Source: a virus
Lineage: Duplodnaviria > Caudoviricetes
Strand: one strand, 5' to 3'
Virus record (IMG/VR): IMGVR_UViG_3300037785_000039
Span: 1-25,116 of that record
DNA: 25,116 nucleotides
The translations under genes and the position numbers were made by a program. Position 1 is the stretch's first letter; the number at the start of each line of letters is the position of its first letter. Shown here in pieces: positions 17,821 through 25,040 of the stretch. The notes below the pieces were generated by a model, which worked only from the letters and a program-made list of their open reading frames with translations, was not told the origin of the DNA and made no database searches.

Positions 17821-20800
17821 TCATCCGACCTCGCCCCAGTCGCTGCCCAGCTCGGCATCCACCTTGGACGGGACCTTCAGAGACACCCCGGTCTCCATGA
17901 TCTCTTGGATCTTGTTCGCCTGTTCTTGGCTCTCCACAGAGAAGCAGAGTTCGTCGTGCACGGTCAGAGAAGGGATGAGGCCTTCGGCGTAGCAGTCGGC
18001 CATCGCCTTCTTGGTCTGGTCGGCAGCGGACCCTTGGATGAGCTTGTTCAGGGCCTTGTAGGTGAACGCCCTCCGGACGATGGGGCCGTACTCCTTCCGG
18101 GCCTCCTCCAACGGCAAGGCCTTCTTGTACTCCGCGCTCCACTGGGCCGGTTCGTACAGATGGAAGCGGCACTTGCGGCCGAGCAGGGTGCGGATCTGTC
18201 CGTACTTTTCCGCCTGCTTCGATGCCGTCGTCGCGAGCTGGCGAACGAACGGGACGCGGGTGTCGAACGTCTCCATCAGGTCCTTGGCTTCCTCCGTGGA
18301 GACACTAAGCTGATTCGCCAGCTTAGTTATCCCCATGCCATACATAATTCCCAATCCACAATTGTGTACTAGGATTCCCGATACAGTGAAACGATGGCGG
18401 GGTCCGGCGTTCCGGATGTCGTAGACCTTCGAGATCCGACGCGCTTGTAGCTCGGGATGGCGTCCGGCGACATCCCCTCCTGCAAAAGTGTGCGCACCTT
18501 GCCCGGACCGAACTCGAACTCGGGATGGTCCGTTTTGATCAGGTGCCACAGATGCGCCTGCACGACCTGCTGCCCTTTGTACGACACCCACTGCGTCCGG
18601 CGCCGGTTCTGCAGGTTCTGCGCGGGAGTTGCCCTGCGCAAGTTCCCCGGAGCATATGGACCATCGTTGTCTATGCGGTCGATCTCGTATCCAAGCCACT
18701 CCTGCGCGGAGTGCAGCGACAAGAGATACTCGAAGAGATCCCGCTTGGTCGCGAAGAGACACCGGATCCCACGACCCCCATAGTTTCGATACCCTCGGTC
18801 CTTGGGGTTGTTGCACCGCTGGAAAATGGACTCGACCCGATGCGAAAGCTTCGTCTCTGCCGTACTGCTGGACAGCATATTCCCAGCCTTGCGGTGCCGC
18901 TCCTTGGTGCGGCAGGACATGCAGCAGGTCGAGCGGCCGCGCCGCAAGTTTTCCAGCAGCTTCCAGTCCTCTGTTCCACAGGCGCAGCGCACATGCGCGT
19001 AGATGTGCCTCCCACGTCGCTGTATCTCTCGGGTCGTGATCGTCCACGAGCCGAACTGCTTGTTCTCCAATTCCGGTTCGAGCAAGTCTTTCCAGTCTGG
19101 ATGCTGCGACCCCGAGAGGAAGCGTCCGTCCTCGTCCAACCCATACCTCGTGGTCCGGCGTTGCTGTGAGACCGTCATATGTGATTACGTCCTTCTCTCC
19201 TTGGTACACGAGACCCTCGTGCTCCACCCACTCTACACCATCCCATACAAGATGGTCCATCGTAATCTCTTGGATGGGGACCAAGCCTTTGTCGGTAAGA
19301 ACGAGTTCGCCTTCAGCGATGCAGGTCTTGGCTGACTTCCTGTCGATCCCAGCGATGTCCGCTACCATCTGGTGGAAGTCGAAGTCCTCGTCTTGGTAGC
19401 CCTTGACGAAGTTATCGACCACCGGACCACGCATCGAGTCCGGCATGCTCGCCGCGTAGTGAACGAGCAGCCGAGGTTCTTGGGACGAGTAGTCAAAAGA
19501 CCCCCACTGCTGCCCCGGTTCAGGGACAAACAGGCCACGGATCAAGGACTTGAGCTCCGGGTCCCGTGCTGGAATTTGCTGGAGGTTGGGCGAGGAGCTG
19601 CTGTTATGGTGAATCAGTCCGTGGGCAACATAGCTGTGGTCGGTCTCGACTTCGATGTCCCAGACCTGTGCAACTCCCACAGGCTCAATCTCCTCAACGG
19701 TGACCGTGCGTGTAGGATGCGGTGAGCTGCTGGAGTGACCAGAGCCAAGTTGTCCGGGTGATTGTTCGTGCGATCCTCGTCTATGTGATGCACATCCATC
19801 CCACTCGGAACCTCCGTCAGCCCAAGCATCTGCGCCATGACCACCTGATGCTCGTATACGTGCTTGGACTCCGGCCTGCCTGTGTACCAGTTCGGCTTGA
19901 GAATAAGAACGTACCCGTGAGGATCGCAGAACAGACGCCCCAAGTGATTGTGATGCAACTCTCCGGCCTTCCCCTTCATCGGGTTCTTCGTACCCGTTTT
20001 CGAACGGGAGTACCGAAGCGCTTTCTCCTCCTTCAGCTGCTCCTTCGAAAGACCGCGCTTCATCATCTCCTGCGCGGTGTGAAAGCTGATAGACAGCGCC
20101 GAAGCCACCTGTTTGAGCGTCGGCTTCTCCGGTGAGAGATACAACTCCACCGCCTTCTGACACAAACTGGCGTCCGCCAAGTCCCTCTTCGAAATCGACA
20201 CTTGCGATCTCCTGTCCAACCGAAAGTTCGCCGACCCGCTTCCAACCAGCGGTCGTCAGGACACGGTGGTTACGGGTACATTTAACCACGTTACCAGAAG
20301 ATACCCTGAGCGCAACCATTTCTTCCTCACCCTTGTAGATCAGGTGCCGGATAGACTGGAGGCGCCCACGATGGGTCAGGGCGAAGTCCTTTCTGGGCTT
20401 GATCTCGACGATGGGCACAGGTCCCCGCTGCGTCTCGATCAGGGTGTCTGCCGAAACGCAGAACCGCCCAGTCACCGTCCCACCGTCGTCGCTGCGCAGC
20501 TGGTGGAACTCGCAGTGGATCCGACCATTGTGCTCGTGCTGAAGGATCGTCTCGATGAACGTCCCGTCCGCCTTGTCGAACTCGCGCAGACGCACAATGG
20601 CATGCGCAACCTCATGCGGGTGTGCATTCAGGAACTGCTTGGTAAACGAAGGAGCACCGGCCTCTGTCTTCGGATACTGCAGATTGAGCGCCTCGAACAC
20701 CTGCTGCACGGATGCCGCAGCCCAAGGTTCGATGGCCACGCCTGTCTTGTCCTTGATGAAGGCCTTCAGTTCTTGGACCTTGGTCCTCAGTCCCTTGCGG

Positions 20801-21552
20801 GCGATGTCGGCCTTGTCCAGATCGACCCGCACGCCACGGGTTTTCATCTCGAGCATGAGCGGAATCAGCCCGGTCTCGAGGGCGAAGATGCTGCCCAGCT
20901 CTTCCTTGGTGATGTGCGTCTGCAGGTTCCGCCACAGGGCCAGCGTCATGGCCGCGTCCTGCTCGGCGTAGCTTCCGACGTACTGGGCGGGCAGCTGCCA
21001 CATGTCCTTCTTGGGGTCGATCCCCCAGTCCTTCGCGGCGGCGCGGAGCATGCGCTCGTCCTTGCGCATGTCGATGTAGTCGCGGCCCAGATTGTTCAGG
21101 CTGTACGAGAAGCGGTTCTCGTCGATCAACGGGGCCGCAATCATGGTATCGATGATACGGCCCTTGACCTCCACGCCCTCGGCCCGAAGCCAGCCCGCGT
21201 CGTAGGTGGCGTTGTGCATCACCACCGTCAGATCCTCGCGCGACAGCAGTTTGGCCAGCCAGCGCATGGTCATCTTGGGATCGAGGTTGTGCCCGTTCTT
21301 GTGACGGATCGGGAAGTACCACTGCTGGTCGCCGGTCGCGATGGCGATGCCGACAATGAAGCCGTCGTTGCGGGTCCAGCCGGGGCCGAGCGTCGTCAGG
21401 TTCGGATCACAGGTCTCGAGGTCGAGGGCAATCTCAGCGGATCCAGAGAGGTTTGGATACTCGGCCGGGATGTTCCAGTCCGTCTCGACCTGCCCGAACT
21501 CCAGTCTCTCTAAAAATCCGAGCGTTTTCTTGTCCCACTTGTCTTTGGCCAT
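17821..21552 (-). CDS. polA: Family A DNA polymerase (3'-5' exonuclease + polymerase), precursor with two inteins
   Basis: Exo I ALDLET, Exo II HNATYD, Exo III YAEQDA, TGRF|SSSSPNLQQIP, motif A FDYSSQEPR, motif B RKSAKT|CGLGIMYG and motif C TVHDEL. ATG21552 follows AAAGGA. The 1243-aa precursor gives 636 aa after removing inteins of 286 and 321 aa. Confidence 0.95.
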   Translation of the reverse strand: MAKDKWDKKTLGFLERLEFGQVETDWNIPAEYPNLSGSAEIALDLETCDPNLTTLGPGWTRNDGFIVGIAIATGDQQWYFPIRHKNGHNLDPKMTMRWLAKLLSREDLTVVMHNATYDAGWLRAEGVEVKGRIIDTMIAAPLIDENRFSYSLNNLGRDYIDMRKDERMLRAAAKDWGIDPKKDMWQLPAQYVGSYAEQDAAMTLALWRNLQTHITKEELGSIFALETGLIPLMLEMKTRGVRVDLDKADIARKGLRTKVQELKAFIKDKTGVAIEPWAAASVQQVFEALNLQYPKTEAGAPSFTKQFLNAHPHEVAHAIVRLREFDKADGTFIETILQHEHNGRIHCEFHQLRSDDGGTVTGRFCVSADTLIETQRGPVPIVEIKPRKDFALTHRGRLQSIRHLIYKGEEEMVALRVSSGNVVKCTRNHRVLTTAGWKRVGELSVGQEIASVDFEEGLGGRQFVSEGGGVVSLTGEADAQTGGFGAVYQLSHRAGDDEARSFEGAAEGGESASVLPFENGYEEPDEGEGRRVASQSLGASVLRSSRVRSYSQAELVHRQAGVQARIRASGGHGADAWADGGSEWDGCASHRRGSHEQSPGQLGSGHSSSSPHPTRTVTVEEIEPVGVAQVWDIEVETDHSYVAHGLIHHNSSSSPNLQQIPARDPELKSLIRGLFVPEPGQQWGSFDYSSQEPRLLVHYAASMPDSMRGPVVDNFVKGYQDEDFDFHQMVADIAGIDRKSAKTCIAEGELVLTDKGLVPIQEITMDHLVWDGVEWVEHEGLVYQGEKDVITYDGLTATPDHEVWVGRGRTLPLGVAASRLERLARTGIGEQAVRLVDDHDPRDTATWEAHLRACALRLWNRGLEAAGKLAARPLDLLHVLPHQGAAPQGWEYAVQQYGRDEAFASGRVHFPAVQQPQGPRVSKLWGSWDPVSLRDQAGSLRVSLVAALRAGVAWIRDRPHRQRWSICSGELAQGNSRAEPAEPAPDAVGVVQRAAGRAGASVAPDQNGPSRVRVRSGQGAHTFAGGDVAGRHPELQARRISKVYDIRNAGPRHRFTVSGILVHNCGLGIMYGMGITKLANQLSVSTEEAKDLMETFDTRVPFVRQLATTASKQAEKYGQIRTLLGRKCRFHLYEPAQWSAEYKKALPLEEARKEYGPIVRRAFTYKALNKLIQGSAADQTKKAMADCYAEGLIPSLTVHDELCFSVESQEQANKIQEIMETGVSLKVPSKVDAELGSDWGEVG
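18361..19323 (-). mobile_element. Intein 2 in PolA motif B (321 aa)
   Basis: Starts CIAEGELVLTDKGLVPIQEI, block B ATPDHEVW, block F VYDIRNAGPRHRF, ends LVHN followed by Cys+1. Removal restores RKSAKTCGLGIMYG. Confidence 0.93.
18369..19178 (-). CDS. HNH-like endonuclease (RC.NP..Y..YGGRGI / IDRIDNDG.Y.PGN type) nested in the +1 frame of intein 2
   Basis: 269 aa. A Cys-rich N-terminal part (FGSWTI..RCACG..LRRGRSTCCMSC) is followed by QRCNNPKDRGYRNYGGRGI and IDRIDNDGPYAPGNLRRAT..N..NRR, a motif set of phage HNH-like endonucleases. The start is ATG19178 or TTG19139 (GAGGT + 5 nt). Stop TAG at 18371-18369. Confidence 0.88.
   Translation of the reverse strand: MTVSQQRRTTRYGLDEDGRFLSGSQHPDWKDLLEPELENKQFGSWTITTREIQRRGRHIYAHVRCACGTEDWKLLENLRRGRSTCCMSCRTKERHRKAGNMLSSSTAETKLSHRVESIFQRCNNPKDRGYRNYGGRGIRCLFATKRDLFEYLLSLHSAQEWLGYEIDRIDNDGPYAPGNLRRATPAQNLQNRRRTQWVSYKGQQVVQAHLWHLIKTDHPEFEFGPGKVRTLLQEGMSPDAIPSYKRVGSRRSTTSGTPDPAIVSLYRES
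19603..20460 (-). mobile_element. Intein 1 in PolA (286 aa)
   Basis: Starts CVSADTLIET (Cys1), block B CTRNHRVLT, block F VWDIEVETDHSY, ends IHHN followed by Ser+1. Removal restores TGRFSSSSPNLQQIP. Confidence 0.93.
19614..20201 (-). CDS. HNH homing endonuclease nested in the +1 frame of intein 1
   Basis: HNH motif VYEHQVVMAQMLG..VHHIDEDRTNNHPDNLALVT..HRILH, preceded by a basic segment (SKTGTKNPMKGK..HHN). SD AGGAG (20213-20209), 7 nt, then GTG20201; TTG20219 is an alternative start. Stop TGA at 19616-19614. Confidence 0.88.
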   Translation of the reverse strand: MSISKRDLADASLCQKAVELYLSPEKPTLKQVASALSISFHTAQEMMKRGLSKEQLKEEKALRYSRSKTGTKNPMKGKAGELHHNHLGRLFCDPHGYVLILKPNWYTGRPESKHVYEHQVVMAQMLGLTEVPSGMDVHHIDEDRTNNHPDNLALVTPAAHRILHARSPLRRLSLWELHRSGTSKSRPTTAMLPTD

Positions 21553-21892
21553 AGTCTTTCCTTTCAAGGAGCCCCTTCTGCTTGGCGTTGTGACGGTGCA
21601 CGTGCACCGTGTTCACTGCGATACCAAGCTTCGCGGCAATCTCGCGGCTCGTCAGCCCCTGCTTCGTCATCTTTACGACCCGCGCCATGTTGCCACGGTC
21701 GCAGGTTCGAACGATCTTGGTGTCCGGGTTGTTCTTGTGGCTGAGGTGGTAGTAGACGCCTGCCAAGGACAGGCCCGTCTTCTCCTTGATCTCGAGGGCC
21801 GTCAGCCCCTCCTTCCAGAGCGCTCGGACCGTCGGGCCCCACCCCGCGCTGGCCTTCTCACTGTTTTTCCTTCTCGGCCGGAACTCGGTCAT
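21434..21892 (-). CDS. Tandem helix-turn-helix DNA-binding protein (LuxR/sigma70 region 4-like)
   Basis: Two HTH-like units, EGLTALEIKEKTGLSLAGVYYHL and QGLTSREIAAKLGIAVNTVHVHRHNAKQK. ATGA overlap with the helicase stop. Confidence 0.75.
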   Translation of the reverse strand: MTEFRPRRKNSEKASAGWGPTVRALWKEGLTALEIKEKTGLSLAGVYYHLSHKNNPDTKIVRTCDRGNMARVVKMTKQGLTSREIAAKLGIAVNTVHVHRHNAKQKGLLERKDYGQRQVGQENARIFRETGVRAGRDGLEHPGRVSKPLWIR

Positions 21893-23427
21893 ATCTCGTA
21901 CCTGTAGTTGCGGTGGTTACGGTCGTAGAGCGGTGGCTCGACAATGTGCAGGACCCGCTTGGCCCGGGTCACCCCCACATAGAATACCCGGTGCTCGCCC
22001 TCCAACGAAGCCGTCTCTTCGATAAACTTGTTCGTGCCGGTGAACAGGACACAGATGTCGTCTTCCCCGCCCTTCATCGAATGGATCGTCCCGATCTTGA
22101 TGCGCGGCTCGCTGGTGATGTCTTCGCCCATGAGCTCGATCCGGCGCAGGTACTGGGACAGGTGGTCCCCGAGCGCGAGGACGTCGAACGCCTTCCGGTC
22201 CACTGCGTCTTCCCGCATGCCGTAGTTGCGGACGAGGCTGCCCATGGTGAAGCGCTCGTCCGCCGCAGCGGCATCGAGGAGCGAGGACGCACCACGTTTC
22301 AGCACGGCCCTCGGACCTTGCTTCGGCACGTTCTGATACAGCTCCTTGATCTGGGGCAGGAAGACTTCCCCACCTGCTGCCAGCGTGCGCCACGTGGTCA
22401 GGGCCCGGATCTTCTCCGGGGTCACCGGCGGCTTGCCGGACAGGGAGTAGTAGTACCCCATGTTGTGGACCTCCATCGCCAGCGTCTTTGCGATGGCGTT
22501 GGTCCGAGCCATGATGGTGATCGACCCTGTGCCAAGCGAAACATCAGAGAGCTTGGTATGCCAGTGCACCTCCCCGATCTCCTCCGTCGGGTGGTACTCC
22601 TTCGGCACTCGGTCCCGGATCCGGCGAACGATCCTGTCAGACAGGTCGAAGACCTTCTTGGGCAGGCGGTACGATTGGGTGAGGATGCGCCGCTCGTCTC
22701 CGAACTCGACGAAGCTCTTGGCCTCGGCACCGCTCCACTCGTGGATCGCCTGATCGTCATCACCGGCGGTGAACGTGCGCTCGGCCGCAGACGCGATCTT
22801 CTTGGCCATCTCCCACTGCAGCGGGGTGAGGTCTTGCGCCTCGTCGAGGATGAAGAGGTCGAGGGCCGGAGGTTCGATGCGCTGGACGTAGTGCTCGATC
22901 ATGTCCACGAAATCGAACTTGAACAGGCGCTTCTTGTACAGGTCCATCTGATCCTTGATCTGGCGGCACTTGGCCTTCGTCATCTCGTACGTCTGGTGAA
23001 ACCGCCACTCGTCCTCGATATCGACCATGCGGTAACGGGCCCGGTCGATGATCGCCATATACCGGGTGCCCTTTTCGTGTCCCCACGGCAGGAGCATGCC
23101 TGCCTCGGGCTGGACATTCACGTTGAACATCTCGCCCAGCATGGCCCCCAGAGCCTCGTAGTCCTTTTTGGACATGACGTCGTCACGCTTGATCCCCAGC
23201 GCGCGGAACGCGGTGGAGTGCAGGGTGCGCATGTGCGGGAAGTGCTTCCGGTCCACCTCGAAGCGAGCCACCGCCCGGTCGAGGAACTCGTTGATGGCCT
23301 TCCGAGAGAACGAGCACACGGCAATGCGCGACGGGTGGATGCCGTCCTGCAAGGCCTGCTCGAGGATGTCCATCAGGGCCGTCGTCTTCCCGCAGCCGGG
23401 AGGCCCGAAGATCTGGGTGACAGTCAT
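21889..23427 (-). CDS. UvrD/Rep-like superfamily 1 helicase
   Basis: Walker A GPPGCGKTT, Walker B ILDEAQD, then GDDDQAI, LTQSYRLP, TIHSMKGGE and FYVGVTRAK. Confidence 0.92.
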   Translation of the reverse strand: MTVTQIFGPPGCGKTTALMDILEQALQDGIHPSRIAVCSFSRKAINEFLDRAVARFEVDRKHFPHMRTLHSTAFRALGIKRDDVMSKKDYEALGAMLGEMFNVNVQPEAGMLLPWGHEKGTRYMAIIDRARYRMVDIEDEWRFHQTYEMTKAKCRQIKDQMDLYKKRLFKFDFVDMIEHYVQRIEPPALDLFILDEAQDLTPLQWEMAKKIASAAERTFTAGDDDQAIHEWSGAEAKSFVEFGDERRILTQSYRLPKKVFDLSDRIVRRIRDRVPKEYHPTEEIGEVHWHTKLSDVSLGTGSITIMARTNAIAKTLAMEVHNMGYYYSLSGKPPVTPEKIRALTTWRTLAAGGEVFLPQIKELYQNVPKQGPRAVLKRGASSLLDAAAADERFTMGSLVRNYGMREDAVDRKAFDVLALGDHLSQYLRRIELMGEDITSEPRIKIGTIHSMKGGEDDICVLFTGTNKFIEETASLEGEHRVFYVGVTRAKRVLHIVEPPLYDRNHRNYRYEI

Positions 23428-23436
23428 GTTCTGCTC

Positions 23437-24969
23437 CTAGAATGGTATTTCGCTGCTGATGTCTTGGATCTCGTGCGGCTCGGGCTCCTCGTCATACTCC
23501 CTGACCCACCACACGCGGACCGAGGACCTCTTTCCGTCCGTCTTGTAGTAGTTGATCTTGGTGTGGCAGGACTCCTCCCCGGTGATGCGCTTGAGTTCCT
23601 GCTGGATCTTTCCGGGGGTGTACTCGGTGAACGACCGGCTGCGCAGGAAGCTCTCGAGGGCGTCCATCTTGAAGTGGATCTTGCCGTTGTTATACCACGG
23701 CTTGCCGTTGTTCACCTCGGCCGCCTCCAGCGCCTGAACAGAGCCGGTGCAGAACTGCTTCAGCAGCTCCTCGAACCTGCCCTCGTTGGTCAGTTCGCGC
23801 GGCACCTCGATGAAGACCGCCTCCTTCAGCATGCCGTTGATGATGCCCGTCCAGTCCTGCTGCTTCATCGTGCTGGGCATGAAGTGCGTCTGCTCCAGCA
23901 CCTTCTTCTGCCAGCGCTGCTGGTTCTGCAGTGCATCGGAGTCGAGCTCGACCCGCTTCCCGTTCACGTCCATGAAGTAGTACGGCGGCTGCGTCAGAAT
24001 CACGGTCAGGCCGCCGACTGTCGCCCTGCTCTCGGTGTCTCCGCCCACGCCAAAGGGGCAGTTCCGGCAGGCCAGCTTGTCGCAGTGGGACTTGAACGGC
24101 TCGATGTCGCAGGTCGGCCCGTAGTCCTTCTTTTCGAGGGACTTCTGCAGGTTCACGACCTCGGTTGCTCCGAGGGGCGTCGTGAAGATCTGCCCGTTGA
24201 AGCTCTCCATCTGCATCTTCCAGTCGTCGGGCCACTTACGCTTGCAGTACAGACCCACCATGAAGAGGATGAGGTTGCGGTTCTCGGACACCGGTCCGTC
24301 CCGCAAGATGTACCGCAGGCAGGCGTACCCGTCGCTGAACCACTTCCGGCTCCCCGCGATCTTCGACATGTCGATGGCGGACGGCGAACACCGGATCGCC
24401 TCGACCGCGTCGAGGAACTCGTCGAGGCTCATCGCCTCCCCGTTCTCGTCGAAGCAGTAGCGCGTCGTCGTGTCCGCGTTGTGGTATGGCATGTTGATGA
24501 AGCTGCCGAGGTCGCCACGCTCGGACAGGATTTCGTCCTGCTTCGGGAAGATCTCGCAGCCGGAGAAGCCCAACGCGATGGAGATCTCGGTCAGGTATTC
24601 ACGGATCAAGGACGCCGGGTACCAGTCGTCGAGGAACAGGTACACATGCGCGCCGCCGGACTTCGACCGGCACAGCAGCATCGGAAGCTTCGCGTCTCGT
24701 ATCTTCTTGTTCAGCGCGACGAGATCGAGGTTGTAGGTGTCGATGTCCATCGCACCGAACTTGACCATGTTCTCGGCCGTGATCGGAACGGCGCCGTACC
24801 CCTGCCCGCCGTTGATGTGCTCCTGCACCATGTCCACGGTCATCGGACCACGGATCATCATGCTCTTCGCTTCCGCCTTGCCGCCCCTGCCGATGCGGCC
24901 GACAGTCGTCTTGCCGTGTGCGTGGCCCGACCCCTCGAACACACGCAGCAGCCGTTCTGCCTGCGTCAT
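23437..24969 (-). CDS. Archaeo-eukaryotic primase (AEP)-type protein with a C-terminal Cys cluster
   Basis: AEP motifs FGAMDID (DxD), RSKSGGAHVYLF and EIFPKQ..GSFINMPY. A PriCT-like helical region (SENRNLILF) and CDIEPFKSHCDKLACRNC follow. SD GGAGG. Confidence 0.75.
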   Translation of the reverse strand: MTQAERLLRVFEGSGHAHGKTTVGRIGRGGKAEAKSMMIRGPMTVDMVQEHINGGQGYGAVPITAENMVKFGAMDIDTYNLDLVALNKKIRDAKLPMLLCRSKSGGAHVYLFLDDWYPASLIREYLTEISIALGFSGCEIFPKQDEILSERGDLGSFINMPYHNADTTTRYCFDENGEAMSLDEFLDAVEAIRCSPSAIDMSKIAGSRKWFSDGYACLRYILRDGPVSENRNLILFMVGLYCKRKWPDDWKMQMESFNGQIFTTPLGATEVVNLQKSLEKKDYGPTCDIEPFKSHCDKLACRNCPFGVGGDTESRATVGGLTVILTQPPYYFMDVNGKRVELDSDALQNQQRWQKKVLEQTHFMPSTMKQQDWTGIINGMLKEAVFIEVPRELTNEGRFEELLKQFCTGSVQALEAAEVNNGKPWYNNGKIHFKMDALESFLRSRSFTEYTPGKIQQELKRITGEESCHTKINYYKTDGKRSSVRVWWVREYDEEPEPHEIQDISSEIPF

Positions 24970-24994
24970 AGCTCCTCCGCTTCGTCATCGAGGT

Positions 24995-25033
24995 GGGCGG
25001 CCCATGTATCATGACGCGATACACGGGCCGCCC
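24995..25033 (-). other. Long intergenic stem-loop
   Basis: Minus strand GGGCGGCCCGTGTATC-gcgtcat-GATACATGGGCCGCCC: a 16-bp stem with one G-U pair and no following U-tract. Confidence 0.75.
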
Positions 25034-25040
25034 GAAGGCA

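Noticed and set aside
18361-20460. Reading the polA insertions as group I introns or as sequencing frameshifts
   Set aside because: Both insertions are exact multiples of 3 (858 and 963 nt), stop-free and bounded by full protein-splicing motifs. An error explanation needs four compensating indels plus two long stop-free wrong frames. A read check is still advisable.
21913-25014. 1033-aa plus-strand ORF
   Set aside because: It is antisense to the clear helicase and primase genes and has no motifs. Long shadow ORFs are expected opposite GC3-rich genes.
24995-25033. Rho-independent terminator
   Set aside because: There is no U-tract on either side, so it is kept only as an unassigned stem-loop.
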